Shown here: piece by piece, positions 1 through 13,380 of the stretch
Position numbering within the stretch: position 1 is the stretch's first letter
Layout: every line of letters begins with the position of its first letter
Assembly (NCBI RefSeq): GCF_006345805.1
Contig: NC_043014.1
Coordinates: forward strand, 46,128,001-46,192,000
DNA length: 64,000 bases
Source of the DNA: Octopus sinensis
Taxonomy: Eukaryota
Direction: 5' to 3'
Position numbers and translations under genes: made by a program
Notes under the pieces: model-generated
Seen by the model: only the letters and a program-made list of their open reading frames with translations
What the model was told of the DNA's origin: nothing
Database searches by the model: none

Positions 1-1145
1 GCAAAGCCGGATTCAGCGGAATTTCAAGCCAGAACCGAAATAACCAAAGAAATGCCATTAAGCATTTTATGGAGGTGTAATAACGGTTCTACCAACTTGC
101 CGTCTGATTCTGCTGTCATACTTTCAAACTAGTACAAAGGTGAGGGTAATAATTGATTAAACAGACCTTAATACTAGATTTTACAAAGCTGACCGCAACA
201 GAATCTGAGCATAAAGTAGAGCCGAGAGATACCGCAAAAGTATTTTGCCCGACGTCCTAATAATTTAACATATGTTCAACAGAAATTCGTTGGAAGAGGA
301 GCAGACGATTATTAACCTCAATGAATGCACCCCTTCCCCAGCTAATCAGTAGAGTGAAAAGTTGGCCATGGAAGTATTTGAACTGAAACCGTAAAATATT
401 TTATCCAGAATCTACTGCGTAATAATACCTTGAATCTGCAATCAAGAGCAATTTTGAGTGGAGGAGGAAGTAGGGAAAACCTACCCACTTACACGACGGC
501 TTCCTTAATTTTCTGGAAAACGGATTTTTTTTTTTCTTTACTAGAATTTTCTACAGATACTTCTCAGTTTGTAGATATCTATTATATTGAAATTTAAAGT
601 TTTTTCTACTGGGAAGAGAGGTTTTGGATAAATTAATATGGGTAGACTGTTTCTTCATGACTTTCATAAAAAATATTTTCCTAAAAATTTCTGCAAATAC
701 CTTACATATGGTGCGAAAATTACAATTGATTTGGAATGTTTAAAAAAAAGTTGGTGCACGCACACGTACACTGTCTACAAAACGAAACTCGAAATCTTGT
801 AAAAATGTGAGGTGTTTTAGAACGAAAGTGTACGAGTCGAGCCACTTTTTTTCCACCCCTAAATTCTGATTTAATCAGATTCTACACTATCCGAAAAGTA
901 CTTGTAGCAATTTTCAGGAATACTGCTCGCTTTCTGAAAGCGAGAAAGGAAACAAAATCTAGGTGTACACATGTGAAGATGGGCCGGAAGTTGATTACAT
1001 GGACCTCAGCGATCAACTGCTACTTTTATCAATCCTAAAAATGAGGTACACCAAAGAGTCGATCCCGGCAGCATTTGAACTCGTAAGAAATAAGCATTTT
1101 GTCCGGTGCGCTCATGGTTCTGCCACCTCGCAGACTTCGTAATAA

Positions 1146-1358
1146 TGGTTTCAAATTTTTGCCCCAAGGGCAGCAAATTTGGAGGAGGGGGGGATGAGTC
1201 GATTACATCGACCCTAGTGTTCAACTGGTACTTATCGACCCCGAAAGGATGAAAGGCGATGAAAGTCGACTTCGGAGGAATTTGAACTCGTAATGTAGCG
1301 ACAGGCGGAATACTACTAAGCACTGCGTCCAACACGCTAATGATTCTGCCATCTCCCC
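1146..1358 (-). mobile_element. tRNA-derived SINE, degenerate relative of family A with a different tail
   Basis: Contains the family A core gtcgattacatcgacc...atcgaccccgaaaggatgaaagg...aatttgaactc. The reverse strand gives a B-box-like GAGTTCAAATT. Confidence 0.7.
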
Positions 1359-1643
1359 ACCTTCATAATAATGACGGTAGTAGTGGTTTCTGATTTGGAA
1401 ATAAGACCAGTAAATTTGAGGAGAGGGAAGGACCCTATACTTCACTGGTACTTTAATCCTGGGGGGACGATAGGCAAAGTTGAAACTGAACAGACGCTCT
1501 GACGATTCTGCCAGTTTCCCCTCCCTTTTCAGCTCTAATAATATGCTTCCTTGATTAAGTCCCTTTAATAGCTTTGGGTGAGTGAGTTACTTTACAGATT
1601 AATTTTCTGTAATGTACTTCAGTTATACTAAGACTTAACTACT

Positions 1644-1997
1644 ACCAAAAGGGACATGAAGGCCTGCAACATCAATATTAGCGGTTGTGAGGCAGTTGCC
1701 GGCAACCGTGGAGAATGGCGACGTACCATAAAAGAGGGAATACAAAGGAGTGACAGAGAGAGAGAGAGAGAGAGAGGAGAAATGGAAAGAAAGGAAGAGA
1801 CGTAAACAAGAGACTATGGCACTACAACCAGCTAGGCAAAGTCTTTGCTACATTTGCGGCACCTGCCAGAGGGAGTGTTTGTCCAGGATAGGACTACACA
1901 GCCACAGCAGGAAATGTATCAGGACATGAAATATAAAAGCCGGACTAGACTACTTTATGCGCAACTCCATTGTCTCCCGAGACAGAAAGGATGCCAA
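1644..1997 (+). mobile_element. RTE-clade LINE 3' fragment (ORF C-terminus and tail)
   Basis: Translates across a (GA)n interruption as KRDMKACNIN...NRGEWRRTIKEG...YICGTCQRECLSRIGLHSHSRKC. SRIGLHSH is typical of the RTE/BovB C-terminal zinc finger. It is followed by an RTE-like tail, cattgtctcccgagacagaaaggatgcc. Confidence 0.8.
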
Positions 1998-2180
1998 CCA
2001 ATATAACTACTACCAGATCCACCTAAGTATATTAATTGGCCGTAATTAGCAATAAGTGGATATCTGAGAATCAAAACTAGTGTCATTAAGACCAATTTAA
2101 GGTGATGAGAGTAATAAAACAGTCCTGTTTTTAAGTCAATTTTACTTAATACCTCTGGCATACTTAGAAACCCTCGATAA

Positions 2181-2674
2181 GCATTAAGCATAACTAAGCC
2201 GGTATGGAAGTCCTCTGCCATCTCAACTCGAACTAAATTCCGCCTATTTAGTTCAAACGTAAAATCTGTGCTTTTGTATGGCTCTGAAACATGGAGAGCC
2301 ACCTGCAGCAACTACAAGAAGATCCAGACCTTCATGATGAATGAATGTCTCCGGCAGATCCTCCATCTCATCTGAAGTGGTTCGAGAGAGTGCCAAACAC
2401 CGACCTGTGTGTGTGTGTGTGAGGGGGGGGAGGACCAACCAAGAGCCCGTACATGGAGATGGATCGGACACACACTGTGGAAAGAACCGTCAAATGTGAC
2501 ACGACAAGCACCTGACTGGAACCCGCAGGGGAAAAAGGAAGCGGAGCATTTTGGACGAGCTCAGGACCACCGGCCTGACATGGGAAGCAACCAAGAAACA
2601 CGCCAGTGACCGCAAAAAACAGAAAACAACTGTTGAGGCCCTATGCTCCACAAGGGGCAAAAAGGATTACATAG
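2181..2674 (+). mobile_element. RTE-clade LINE fragment (post-RT C-terminal region), second lineage
   Basis: Frameshifted translation WKSSAISTRTKFRLFSSNVKSVLLYGSETW...WRWIGHTLWKEPSNVTRQAPDWNPQGK...EALCSTRGKKD. LLYGSETW, WIGH and WNPQG are RTE motifs. Confidence 0.85.
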
Positions 2675-3090
2675 TCACGCTCCTGCTAGAAATAACAGTC
2701 AAATCTCCTTCAAATCACATCCTATTGTCATTTTCTTTAAGACATACGACAGGATAATCTCAGTGAAACGCCTTTGATTGTGGGTTTCCTGGTTCATGAA
2801 TGACCAAGGGTTAAAACTTGCATTTATATACGGCTAGTTGGTGACAGTAATGGAACCGTTGTAATATCTATTATGCATGTAAATAGGGGTAACATGCATA
2901 AAGTTGTGACACTTCAGATTAGACCTTTTTCCAGCAGGTTGAAGATACGGTCTAGAAAAGAAAAGGACACATTAGATGATGTAGTCTTAGATAGGCAATG
3001 CCAGAGAGGACTTGTTATAACTGGAATATGCTTTTTGATCGTAGTTTCATTCAGTCAATAGCTTGCCGGGTTTTTGCACGGCTACAATAT

Positions 3091-3320
3091 ATTTCTTTAC
3101 TGCCCACAAGGGGCTACACACAGAGGGGACAAACAAGGACAGACAAACGGATTAAGTCGATTACATTGACCCCAGTGCGTAACTGGTACTTAATTTATCG
3201 ACCCCGAAAGGATGAAAGGCAAAGTCGACCTTGGCGGAATTTGAACTCAGCACGCGGGGCGAAATGCGTAGCCGTATTTCGTCTGCCGTTATGTTCTAAC
3301 GTTTCTGCCAGCTCGCCGCC
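3091..3320 (-). mobile_element. tRNA-derived SINE family A, full length
   Basis: Minus strand reads GGCGGCGAGCTGGCAGAAACG (A-box-like), GAGTTCAAATTCCGCC (B-box), central GCCTTTCATCCTTTCGGGGTCGATAAA, and tail CCCCTTGTGGG. About ten near-identical copies or part-copies occur in the window. Confidence 0.9.
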
Positions 3321-3419
3321 TTGCACGACTACAGTAGCAGTGATAGTTGTAGTCTAGCATGCCTCTGCTCTGTCTCACAACCAAACAACAACACGGGGCT
3401 GAATTCATGGTTCTCATCA

Positions 3420-3990
3420 ACCTGTACTCTTATTAAATGAAGGGTGCACAGCTTTGGAGCAGCTCAGCGCCTCCGCTTGTGCGAACCATACAAATGTCGA
3501 AGCTGTTGTTGAGTTCGGCCTGTACCCGCTATTATGCCGACTTAGTGCAGGCCAGTTCCCTCAACAAGCCGTACTCGTTCGCCATCAAGGAGAGAGAGAG
3601 CCCCGATGTAGCCGGCTTCTCGCCGCAACTGGAACCAGCTGACCTCGACTGTGGCGATGGTAAGCGCCCAACGGAATAACCCTGTTCCCCATAGGACACG
3701 ACGTGTTGCTACTTGTCTGCCCCCAGCCTTGTTGCTTCGGCAGCAAACCCAGACTGCCCACTCCTTTTCGTTACTAGTCTGCTGACGCCAGATCCGCATG
3801 GCCAATTTCTTCGACAAAATCAGAAAAGAAGCAGTGTGGATGTTGCAGCGCGTGTCACATGCCTTCTCCGTGGCAATGCCTTTATCTTGTCTGCGTGGCG
3901 AACTAAGGGAGGGGTCGAGAGTGGAGTGTCCATCCCTCTCTCCCTTTCATTATTTAATTCTGAATTTGCCTTCCCCATTTTTTTTTTTTC
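3420..3990 (+). mobile_element. Probable L1/Tx1-like LINE ORF2 3' remnant
   Basis: LWSSSAPPLVRTIQMSKLLLSSACTRY resembles the W-x-L...ACxxC zf-RVT entry. RMANFFDK and VDVAARV loosely resemble LMNYFIF and WKDVARK in the 41.4-kb element. Ends in a T-run. Heavily degenerate. Confidence 0.4.
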
Positions 3991-5799
3991 TCCATTTAAA
4001 TTTTTAAAGTGATATGAGACCCGGCATGGAGTAATTTCACGTCGAGCCTAAGAGACTTTCGGGGTGGATAAAAAGTCACATCCACCCCGTGGTACAAATA
4101 GTGACTCCTTACAGGTCAGACATGTCCAGATTTAGACACTAGTATATTTCAGGAAGAGACCTGGCCGGTTTGAGTTGCGATACTGGACACACTCCTTGGT
4201 GTTGAATGGAAGTCAGTTTCCGCCCGGTTTTTGCAAGGATGCCCTATCCTATTCTAAGATGTGCTCAGAAGTGTCGGATGGGGTGAATCCTACCCCGGTC
4301 GGGGACGGCTTTTGTCTTCCCGTTCCTTGCTCGTTGGTGACTAATTTGTCCTTTATGTCCACAATTTTTCTTGTCCCCCGCGAAAGTGGGGAGAACATTT
4401 GGAATGTAGACATGGCGCGAGACCTGTCCAAAATTGTCCAAAACTCACCATTCGGCCAAGGCACAAAAGAGCAAGACGAGAGAAGAAAAGGATAAATTAG
4501 CTCCTTTGAACTAGCTTAACAAAAAAAAGTTTAGAAAGTTTAAATATTTGTCTTGTTACGCACTGTTATGTCTGCAAGAGAGAAAACTTATGAGATCTAA
4601 CAGAGAAATCTGAGGACAATGAAATATCGCAATGCCAAATCAGAAACATTGATTCCATGCGGGGGACCTCCAAGTGATTGGTCGGTTTGTTAGAAATAGC
4701 AGCCAAAAACAATTTACAGTCTTGAAAAAGAGAAAAAGACCTAACATTTCTGGAAAAAGTTTGATCATAGGTGAACTGAGCCAAAGCTGACCTGTGGAAA
4801 AATAACGAGCGATCGTGGGGCCTCAAGTTACTGGTTGGTTACGGAACTAGTTCAACAGGAACACCTAGATTGCTAAGTAGTTCTGTAAAGAAGCAAACGA
4901 TATGAATTACTACACACATACACGTCAACGACTTTCACCATATAGCCATCGCTGTTGTCTCAAGGAACACTACTTTGACGCTATGAGAGAGCTGACGTCT
5001 GAGGGAGGAGCTATGCCGACAGGTTCTACCATACCGAATTGGTTCTCTCATTTTGGACAAACTAAATGTGCTCCATTCTCCCAAAGCGGTTCCAGTTGAT
5101 GGGAGACCAAGTTGTGCATGGGTGATCTGGCTGGAAGGCGTGGGTTCTTCGTTGTCAGCGTGGGATGTTCTGGTCGTGGAACTTGTGATCATGAGTCCTT
5201 CACCAACCGAGTTTCACAGGTCGGCCCAGTGAGTGAGCTGCATCTTTTGGTCCTTTGTCCGCTTCTAATCTGAGGCTGGCTCTGGCTTTTCATACGACAT
5301 TAGGGTGGGTCTGTGCTTGTGTGTGGGGTCTGAGCTTGAAGCTCTCATGTTAGATAATTAGGGAGGGTTTTGTGACTGTACGGGAGAGATGCAATCGGGC
5401 CCGGTTGGCACATTGACCAGCAGTGGCTGGCATCGGGAGGTGTTTATTTGTATGCAACAGCGGCCACACCCCGGGCAACGGCTTCGACTAGCCGGTCAAA
5501 CCAAGTGAGGGTAGCCGTCTGGTCTTAAATCTTCGGCAAGTTAGGGCCTGCCTTCCTATGCATACGAAGACTGGATTCGGCTGATTCTACAGAAGAAACC
5601 ACCAGAACGGTTTCAACGAAGAGGGCAGTTGCAGCAGGGCACCGTGGAGTGCATAGGGTAAGATGAGGCACTATAGGACATCTTGGTCATTCACTGCGTC
5701 TGGTTGTGGGTGGAGTAAATTCTACCCACCTACTTCAAGGTCACAATAAAAGCTCTGATTTTTGCCTTGGAACAATATTACCGTTTCTCAATAAATCTT

Positions 5800-6660
5800 T
5801 TACAAACTCGTAGAATAATATAAGTGCAATCCCAGGTTCAAGTTCCTTTCAGGGAAAGAATTAAAAGAAAAATGTCAAGCTCTTTCTATGTCATACAATA
5901 AGATCGAACTCAGAACCATGTAATTGCAAAACAAATTTCTTAACTTCCTAGTACGTATGTATGTACGTACGCATACACACACAACCTACGACAAATCCAA
6001 ACAAGTAAAGGAGTGTTTCGAAGTGACTGTATCAGCAACTTGGATTTTCCTCCTCGTGTTAGGGAACCTCAGTGACCCCTTACTCCAACAAATTCCTTTT
6101 CTCCTGCACACAGTATTTCCCAACCATCACAAACCGGCGCGAATTGGAGTGACTCACTCAAGGACTCATTCTGCTACTCGATGCAGGAACTTTCAACCTT
6201 ATTATGAACCAGATACTCAACCCCTAGGCCGGATGGCAAACAAACAGATGCCCGACTTCCCTAAATTGGAACGGCAGAAATGAAAGGGACCTTCGTCAAT
6301 TTCGACGATGAACGCTGCAATTACTCCATCGACCAAACTACCTCTTCACTGAATTGAAAGGTAAGTGGATTAGCAAGATTGTGTGACAAGGCCGACCCTT
6401 TGAATCAATGACACTTTACAATCACAGGACTCTGAATAATTTTTCCAGTAAATTTCTTTCAGAAGCCTTTGATTAACAAGAAGCTAATATAAAATAATAC
6501 TTTCTCATAATACCATACAATAGGATCGAACTCAGAATCTAACTCCTTAATCTCCTCGTCCGAATGTACGTACATACATACATACATACACAACCTGTGA
6601 CCAATCCGAACGATATTTTCTGTCCATCACAAACCGAGTAAACTAAAGCAGCGTGAATTG
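5800..6660. repeat. ~620-bp old tandem unit (copy 1 and start of copy 2) containing the progenitor of the 58/59-bp array
   Basis: The motif catacaata(a/g)gat(c/t)gaactc occurs at 5892, 6514 and 13235. Segment 6270-6540 aligns by eye with 12980-13260. Confidence 0.8.
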
Positions 6661-9600
6661 GGGCGACTTGCTCAGGGACGCAGTCTGCCACTCGATGCAG
6701 GAACTTGCAACCTTCTGGGGGCGACTTGCTCAGGGACGCAGTCTGCCACTCGATGCAGGAACTTGCAACCTTATGGGGGCGACTTGCTCAGGGACGCAGT
6801 CTGCCACTCGTTGCAGCAACTTGTAACCTTACTGGGGGCGACTTGCTCAGGGACGCAGTCTGCCACTCGATGCAGGAACTTGCAACGTTACTGGGGAGAC
6901 TTGCTCAGGGACGCAGTCTGCACTCGATGCAGGAACTTGCAACCTTATGGGGGCGACTTGCTCAGGGACGCAGTCTGCCACTCGTTGCAGCAACTTGTAA
7001 CCTTACTGGGGGCGACTTGCTCAGGGACGCAGTCTGCCACTCGATGCAGGAACTTGCAACGTTACTGGGGAGACTTGCTCAGGGACGCAGTCTGCCACTC
7101 GATGCAGGAACTTGCAACCTTATGGGGGCGACTTGCTCAGGGACGCAGTCTGCCACTCGATGCAGGAACTTGTAACCTTACTGGGGGCGACTTGCTCAGG
7201 GACGCAGTCTGCCACTCGTTGCAGCAACTTGTAACCTTACTGGGGGCGACTTGCTCAGGGACGCAGTCTGCCACTCGATGCAGGAACTTGTAACCTTACT
7301 GGGGGCGACTTGCTCAGGGACGCAGTCTGCCACTCGATGCAGGAACTTGTAACCTTACTGGGGGCGACTTGCTCAGGGACGCAGTCTGCCACTCGATGCA
7401 GGAACTTGTAACCTTACTGGGGGCGACTTGCTCAGGGACGCAGTCTGCCACTCGTTGCAGCAACTTGTAACCTTACTGGGGGCGACTTGCTCAGGGACGC
7501 AGTCTGCCACTCGATGCAGGAACTTGCAACCTTATGGGGGAGACTTGCTCAGGGACGCAGTCTGCCACTCGTTGCAGCAACTTGTAACCTTACTGGGGGC
7601 GACTTGCTCAGGGACGCAGTCCTGCCACTCGTTGCAGCAACTTGTAACCTTACTGGGGGCGACTTGCTCAGGGACGCAGTCTGCCACTCGATGCAGGAAC
7701 TTGCAACCTTATGGGGGCGACTTGCTCAGGGACGCAGTCTGCCACTCGTTGCAGCAACTTGTAACCTTACTGGGGCGACTTGCTCAGGGACGCAGTCTGC
7801 CACTCGATGCAGGAACTTGCAACCTTATGGGGGAGACTTGCTCAGGGACGCAGTCTGCCACTCGTTGCAGCAACTTGTAACCTTACTGGGGGCGACTTGC
7901 TCAGGGACGCAGTCTGCCACTCGTTGCAGCAACTTGTAACCTTACTGGGGCGACTTGCTCAGGGACGCAGTCTGCCACTCGTTGCAGCAACTTGTAACCT
8001 TACTGGGGGCGACTTGCTCAGGGACGCAGTCTGCCACTCGATGCAGGAACTTGCAACCTTATGGGGGCGACTTGCTCAGGGACGCAGTCTGCCACTCGTT
8101 GCAGCAACTTGTAACCTTACTGGGGGCGACTTGCTCAGGGACGCAGTCTGCCACTCGATGCAGGAACTTGCAACCTTACTGGGGTGACTTGCTCAGGGAC
8201 GCAGTCTGCCACTCGATGCAGGAACTTGCAACCTTACTGGGGTGACTTGCTCAGGGACGCAGTCTGCCACTCGTTGCAGCAACTTGTAACCTTACTGGGG
8301 GCGACTTGCTCAGGGACGCAGTCTGCCACTCGATGCAGGAACTTGCAACCTTACTGGGGCGACTTGCTCAGGGACGCAGTCTGCCACTCGATGCAGGAAC
8401 TTGCAACCTTCTGGGGGCGACTTGCTCAGGGACGCAGTCTGCCACTCGATGCAGGAACTTGCAACCTTATGGGGCGACTTGCTCAGGGACGCAGTCTGCC
8501 ACTCGTTGCAGCAACTTGTAACCTTACTGGGGGCGACTTGCTCAGGGACGCAGTCTGCCACTCGATGCAGGAACTTGCAACGTTACTGGGGAGACTTGCT
8601 CAGGGACGCAGTCTGCCACTCGATGCAGGAACTTGCAACCTTATGGGGGCGACTTGCTCAGGGACGCAGTCTGCCACTCGTTGCAGCAACTTGTAACCTT
8701 ACTGGGGGCGACTTGCTCAGGGACGCAGTCTGCCACTCGATGCAGGAACTTGCAACGTTACTGGGGAGACTTGCTCAGGGACGCAGTCTGCCACTCGATG
8801 CAGGAACTTGCAACCTTATGGGGGCGACTTGCTCAGGGACGCAGTCTGCCACTCGATGCAGGAACTTGTAACCTTACTGGGGGCGACTTGCTCAGGGACG
8901 CAGTCTGCCACTCGTTGCAGCAACTTGTAACCTTACTGGGGGCGACTTGCTCAGGGACGCAGTCTGCCACTCGATGCAGGAACTTGTAACCTTACTGGGG
9001 GCGACTTGCTCAGGGACGCAGTCTGCCACTCGATGCAGGAACTTGTAACCTTACTGGGGGCGACTTGCTCAGGGACGCAGTCTGCCACTCGATGCAGGAA
9101 CTTGTAACCTTACTGGGGGCGACTTGCTCAGGGACGCAGTCTGCCACTCGTTGCAGCAACTTGTAACCTTACTGGGGGCGACTTGCTCAGGGACGCAGTC
9201 TGCCACTCGATGCAGGAACTTGCAACCTTATGGGGGAGACTTGCTCAGGGACGCAGTCTGCCACTCGTTGCAGCAACTTGTAACCTTACTGGGGGCGACT
9301 TGCTCAGGGACGCAGTCTGCCACTCGTTGCAGCAACTTGTAACCTTACTGGGGGCGACTTGCTCAGGGACGCAGTCTGCCACTCGATGCAGGAACTTGCA
9401 ACCTTATGGGGGCGACTTGCTCAGGGACGCAGTCTGCCACTCGTTGCAGCAACTTGTAACCTTACTGGGGGCGACTTGCTCAGGGACGCAGTCTGCCACT
9501 CGATGCAGGAACTTGCAACCTTATGGGGGAGACTTGCTCAGGGACGCAGTCTGCCACTCGTTGCAGCAACTTGTAACCTTACTGGGGGCGACTTGCTCAG

Positions 9601-12600
9601 GGACGCAGTCTGCCACTCGTTGCAGCAACTTGTAACCTTACTGGGGCGACTTGCTCAGGGACGCAGTCTGCCACTCGTTGCAGCAACTTGTAACCTTACT
9701 GGGGCGACTTGCTCAGGGACGCAGTCTGCCACTCGATGCAGGAACTTGCAACCTTATGGGGGCGACTTGCTCAGGGACGCAGTCTGCCACTCGTTGCAGC
9801 AACTTGTACCTTACTGGGGGCGACTTGCTCAGGGACGCAGTCTGCCACTCGATGCAGGAACTTGCAACCTTACTGGGGTGACTTGCTCAGGGACGCAGTC
9901 TGCCACTCGATGCAGGAACTTGCAACCTTACTGGGGTGACTTGCTCAGGGACGCAGTCTGCCACTCGTTGCAGCAACTTGTAACCTTACTGGGGGCGACT
10001 TGCTCAGGGACGCAGTCTGCCACTCGATGCAGGAACTTGCAACCTTACTGGGGCGACTTGCTCAGGGACGCAGTCTGCCACTCGATGCAGGAACTTGCAA
10101 CCTTATGGGGGAGACTTGCTCAGGGACGCAGTCTGCCACTCGATGCAGGAACTTGCAACCTTATGGGGGTGACTTGCTCAGGGACGCAGTCTGCCACTCG
10201 ATGCAGGAACTTGCAACCTTATGGGGGAGACTTGCTCAGGGACGCAGTCTGCCACTCGATGCAGGAACTTGCAACCTTATGGGGGCGACTTGCTCAGGGA
10301 CGCAGTCTGCCACTCGATGCAGGAACTTGCAACCTTATGGGGGAGACTTGCTCAGGGACGCAGTCTGCCACTCGATGCAGGAACTTGCAACCTTACTGGG
10401 GCGACTTGCTCAGGGACGCAGTCTGCCACTCGATGCAGGAACTTGCAACCTTATGGGGGCGACTTGCTCAGGGACGCAGTCTGCCACTCGTTGCAGCAAC
10501 TTGTAACCTTACTGGGGGCGACTTGCTCAGGGACGCAGTCTGCCACTCGATGCAGGAACTTGCAACGTTACTGGGGAGACTTGCTCAGGGACGCAGTCTG
10601 CCACTCGATGCAGGAACTTGCAACGTTACTGGGGTGACTTGCTCAGGGACGCAGTCTGCCACTCGATGCAGGAACTTGCAACGTTACTGGGGTGACTTGC
10701 TCAGGGACGCAGTCTGCCACTCGTTGCAGCAACTTGTAACCTTACTGGGGGCGACTTGCTCAGGGACGCAGTCTGCCACTCGATGCAGGAACTTGCAACG
10801 TTACTGGGGAGACTTGCTCAGGGACGCAGTCTGCCACTCGATGCAGGAACTTGCAACGTTACTGGGGTGACTTGCTCAGGGACGCAGTCTGCCACTCGTT
10901 GCAGCAACTTGTAACCTTACTGGGGGCGACTTGCTCAGGGACGCAGTCTGCCACTCGTTGCAGCAACTTGTAACCTTACTGGGGGCGACTTGCTCAGGGA
11001 CGCAGTCTGCCACTCGATGCAGGAACTTGCAACCTTATGGGGGCGACTTGCTCAGGGACGCAGTCTGCCACTCGTTGCAGCAACTTGTAACCTTACTGGG
11101 GCGACTTGCTCAGGACGCAGTCTGCCACTCGATGCAGGAACTTGCAACGTTACTGGGGAGACTTGCTCAGGGACGCAGTCTGCCACTCGATGCAGGAACT
11201 TGCAACGTTACTGGGGTGACTTGCTCAGGGACGCAGTCTGCCACTCGTTGCAGCAACTTGTAACCTTACTGGGGGCGACTTGCTCAGGGACGCAGTCTGC
11301 CACTCGTTGCAGCAACTTGTAACCTTACTGGGGGCGACTTGCTCAGGGACGCAGTCTGCCACTCGATGCAGGAACTTGCAACCTTATGGGGGCGACTTGC
11401 TCAGGGACGCAGTCTGCCACTCGTTGCAGCAACTTGTAACCTTACTGGGGCGACTTGCTCAGGGACGCAGTCTGCCACTCGATGCAGGAACTTGCAACCT
11501 TATGGGGGTGACTTGCTCAGGGACGCAGTCTGCCACTCGTTGCAGGAACTTGCAACCTTACTGGGGTGACTTGCTCAGGGACGCAGTCTGCCACTCGTTG
11601 CAGCAACTTGTAACCTTACTGGGGGCGACTTGCTCAGGGACGCAGTCTGCCACTCGATGCAGGAACTTGCAACCTTATGGGGGCGACTTGCTCAGGGACG
11701 CAGTCTGCCACTCGATGCAGGAACTTGCAACGTTACTGGGGAGACTTGCTCAGGGACGCAGTCTGCCACTCGATGCAGGAACTTGCAACCTTCTGGGGGC
11801 GACTTGCTCAGGGACGCAGTCTGCCACTCGATGCAGGAACTTGCAACCTTATGGGGGCGACTTGCTCAGGGACGCAGTCTGCCACTCGATGCAGGAACTT
11901 GCAACCTTATGGGGGCGACTTGCTCAGGGACGCAGTCTGCCACTCGATGCAGGAACTTGCAACCTTATGGGGGCGACTTGCTCAGGGACGCAGTCTGCCA
12001 CTCGATGCAGGAACTTGCAACGTTACTGGGGCGACTTGCTCAGGGACGCAGTCTGCCACTCGATGCAGGAACTTGCAACCTTCTGGGGGCGACTTGCTCA
12101 GGGACGCAGTCTGCCACTCGATGCAGGAACTTGCAACCTTATGGGGGCGACTTGCTCAGGGACGCAGTCTGCCACTCGATGCAGGAACTTGCAACGTTAC
12201 TGGGGAGACTTGCTCAGGGACGCAGTCTGCCACTCGATGCAGGAACTTGCAACCTTATGGGGGCGACTTGCTCAGGGACGCAGTCTGCCACTCGATGCAG
12301 GAACTTGCAACCTTATGGGGGCGACTTGCTCAGGGACGCAGTCTGCCACTCGATGCAGGAACTTGCAACGTTACTGGGGCGACTTGCTCAGGGACGCAGT
12401 CTGCCACTCGATGCAGGAACTTGCAACCTTCTGGGGGCGACTTGCTCAGGGACGCAGTCTGCCACTCGATGCAGGAACTTGCAACCTTATGGGGGCGACT
12501 TGCTCAGGGACGCAGTCTGCCACTCGATGCAGGAACTTGCAACGTTACTGGGGAGACTTGCTCAGGGACGCAGTCTGCCACTCGATGCAGGAACTTGCAA

Positions 12601-12935
12601 CCTTATGGGGCGACTTGCTCAGGGACGCAGTCTGCCACTCGATGCAGGAACTTGCAACCTTATGGGGGCGACTTGCTCAGGGACGCAGTCTGCCACTCGT
12701 TGCAGCAACTTGTAACCTTACTGGGGGCGACTTGCTCAGGGACGCAGTCTGCCACTCGATGCAGGAACTTGCAACCTTATGGGGGCGACTTGCTCAGGGA
12801 CGCAGTCTGCCACTCGATGCAGGAACTTGCAACGTTACTGGGGGCGACTTGCTCAGGGACGCAGTCTGCCACTCGATGCAGGAACTTGCAACCTTACTGG
12901 GGTGACTTGCTCAGGGACGCAATCTGCTACGCAAT
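6658..12935. repeat. 58/59-bp minisatellite, ~106 units
   Basis: Unit gcgacttgctcagggacgcagtctgccactcg(a/t)tgcag(g/c)aacttg(c/t)aacctta(ct/t)gggg. Measured periods are 58 (6721 to 6779) and 59 (6779 to 6838). Confidence 0.99.
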
Positions 12936-13380
12936 GTAGGAACTCAACTTTATGATTATGAACCAGACACGTACCTTCCCAAAATGGAAACGCAAAACTG
13001 AAAGGAACCATTGTCAGTTTCGACAAAGAACGCTCCGATTATTCCATCAACCAAACTACCTACTCATTGAATTATAAGGCAAGTGGATTAGCAAGACAGT
13101 GTGACAAGGCTGACCCTTTAAATTAATGGCACTGTCTAGCCACAGGACTGCAAATAGATTTTCCTCAAGTGAATTTCATTCAGAAGACTTTGATCAACAA
13201 GAAGCCAATGTAAAAAAAATACTCTCATAATGGTCATACAATAAGATTGAACTCCGAACCTCCTGATTGCGAAACGAACTCTTTAACCCCCTCGTACGTA
13301 CATACACACAGCCTGTGGTCAATCCGAACAGATAAAGGGCGTTTTGAAGTGACTGCATATCAGCAACTGAGGTGCCCTAC
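12936..13380. repeat. Remainder of ~620-bp unit copy 2 and start of copy 3
   Basis: Resumes at attatgaaccaga exactly as copy 1 does after its single monomer (6201), and is collinear with 6200-6560 and then 5890-6050. Confidence 0.8.

Noticed and set aside
4020-4480. Minus-strand gag-like remnant (NCGHKGQ, LDMS)
   Set aside because: Only two very short motif matches; too weak to call without an alignment.
6658-12935. CRISPR-like appearance of the regular arrays (also 44681-45038 and 47386-64000)
   Set aside because: Units are contiguous with no unique spacers, no cas genes are present, and the context is eukaryotic.
6658-12939. Long ORFs (up to 541 aa) in the 58/59-bp array
   Set aside because: The unit is not a multiple of 3, all three frames give the same cycling peptide, and frames switch at G-run length changes. 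These are artefacts of a stop-poor repeat.
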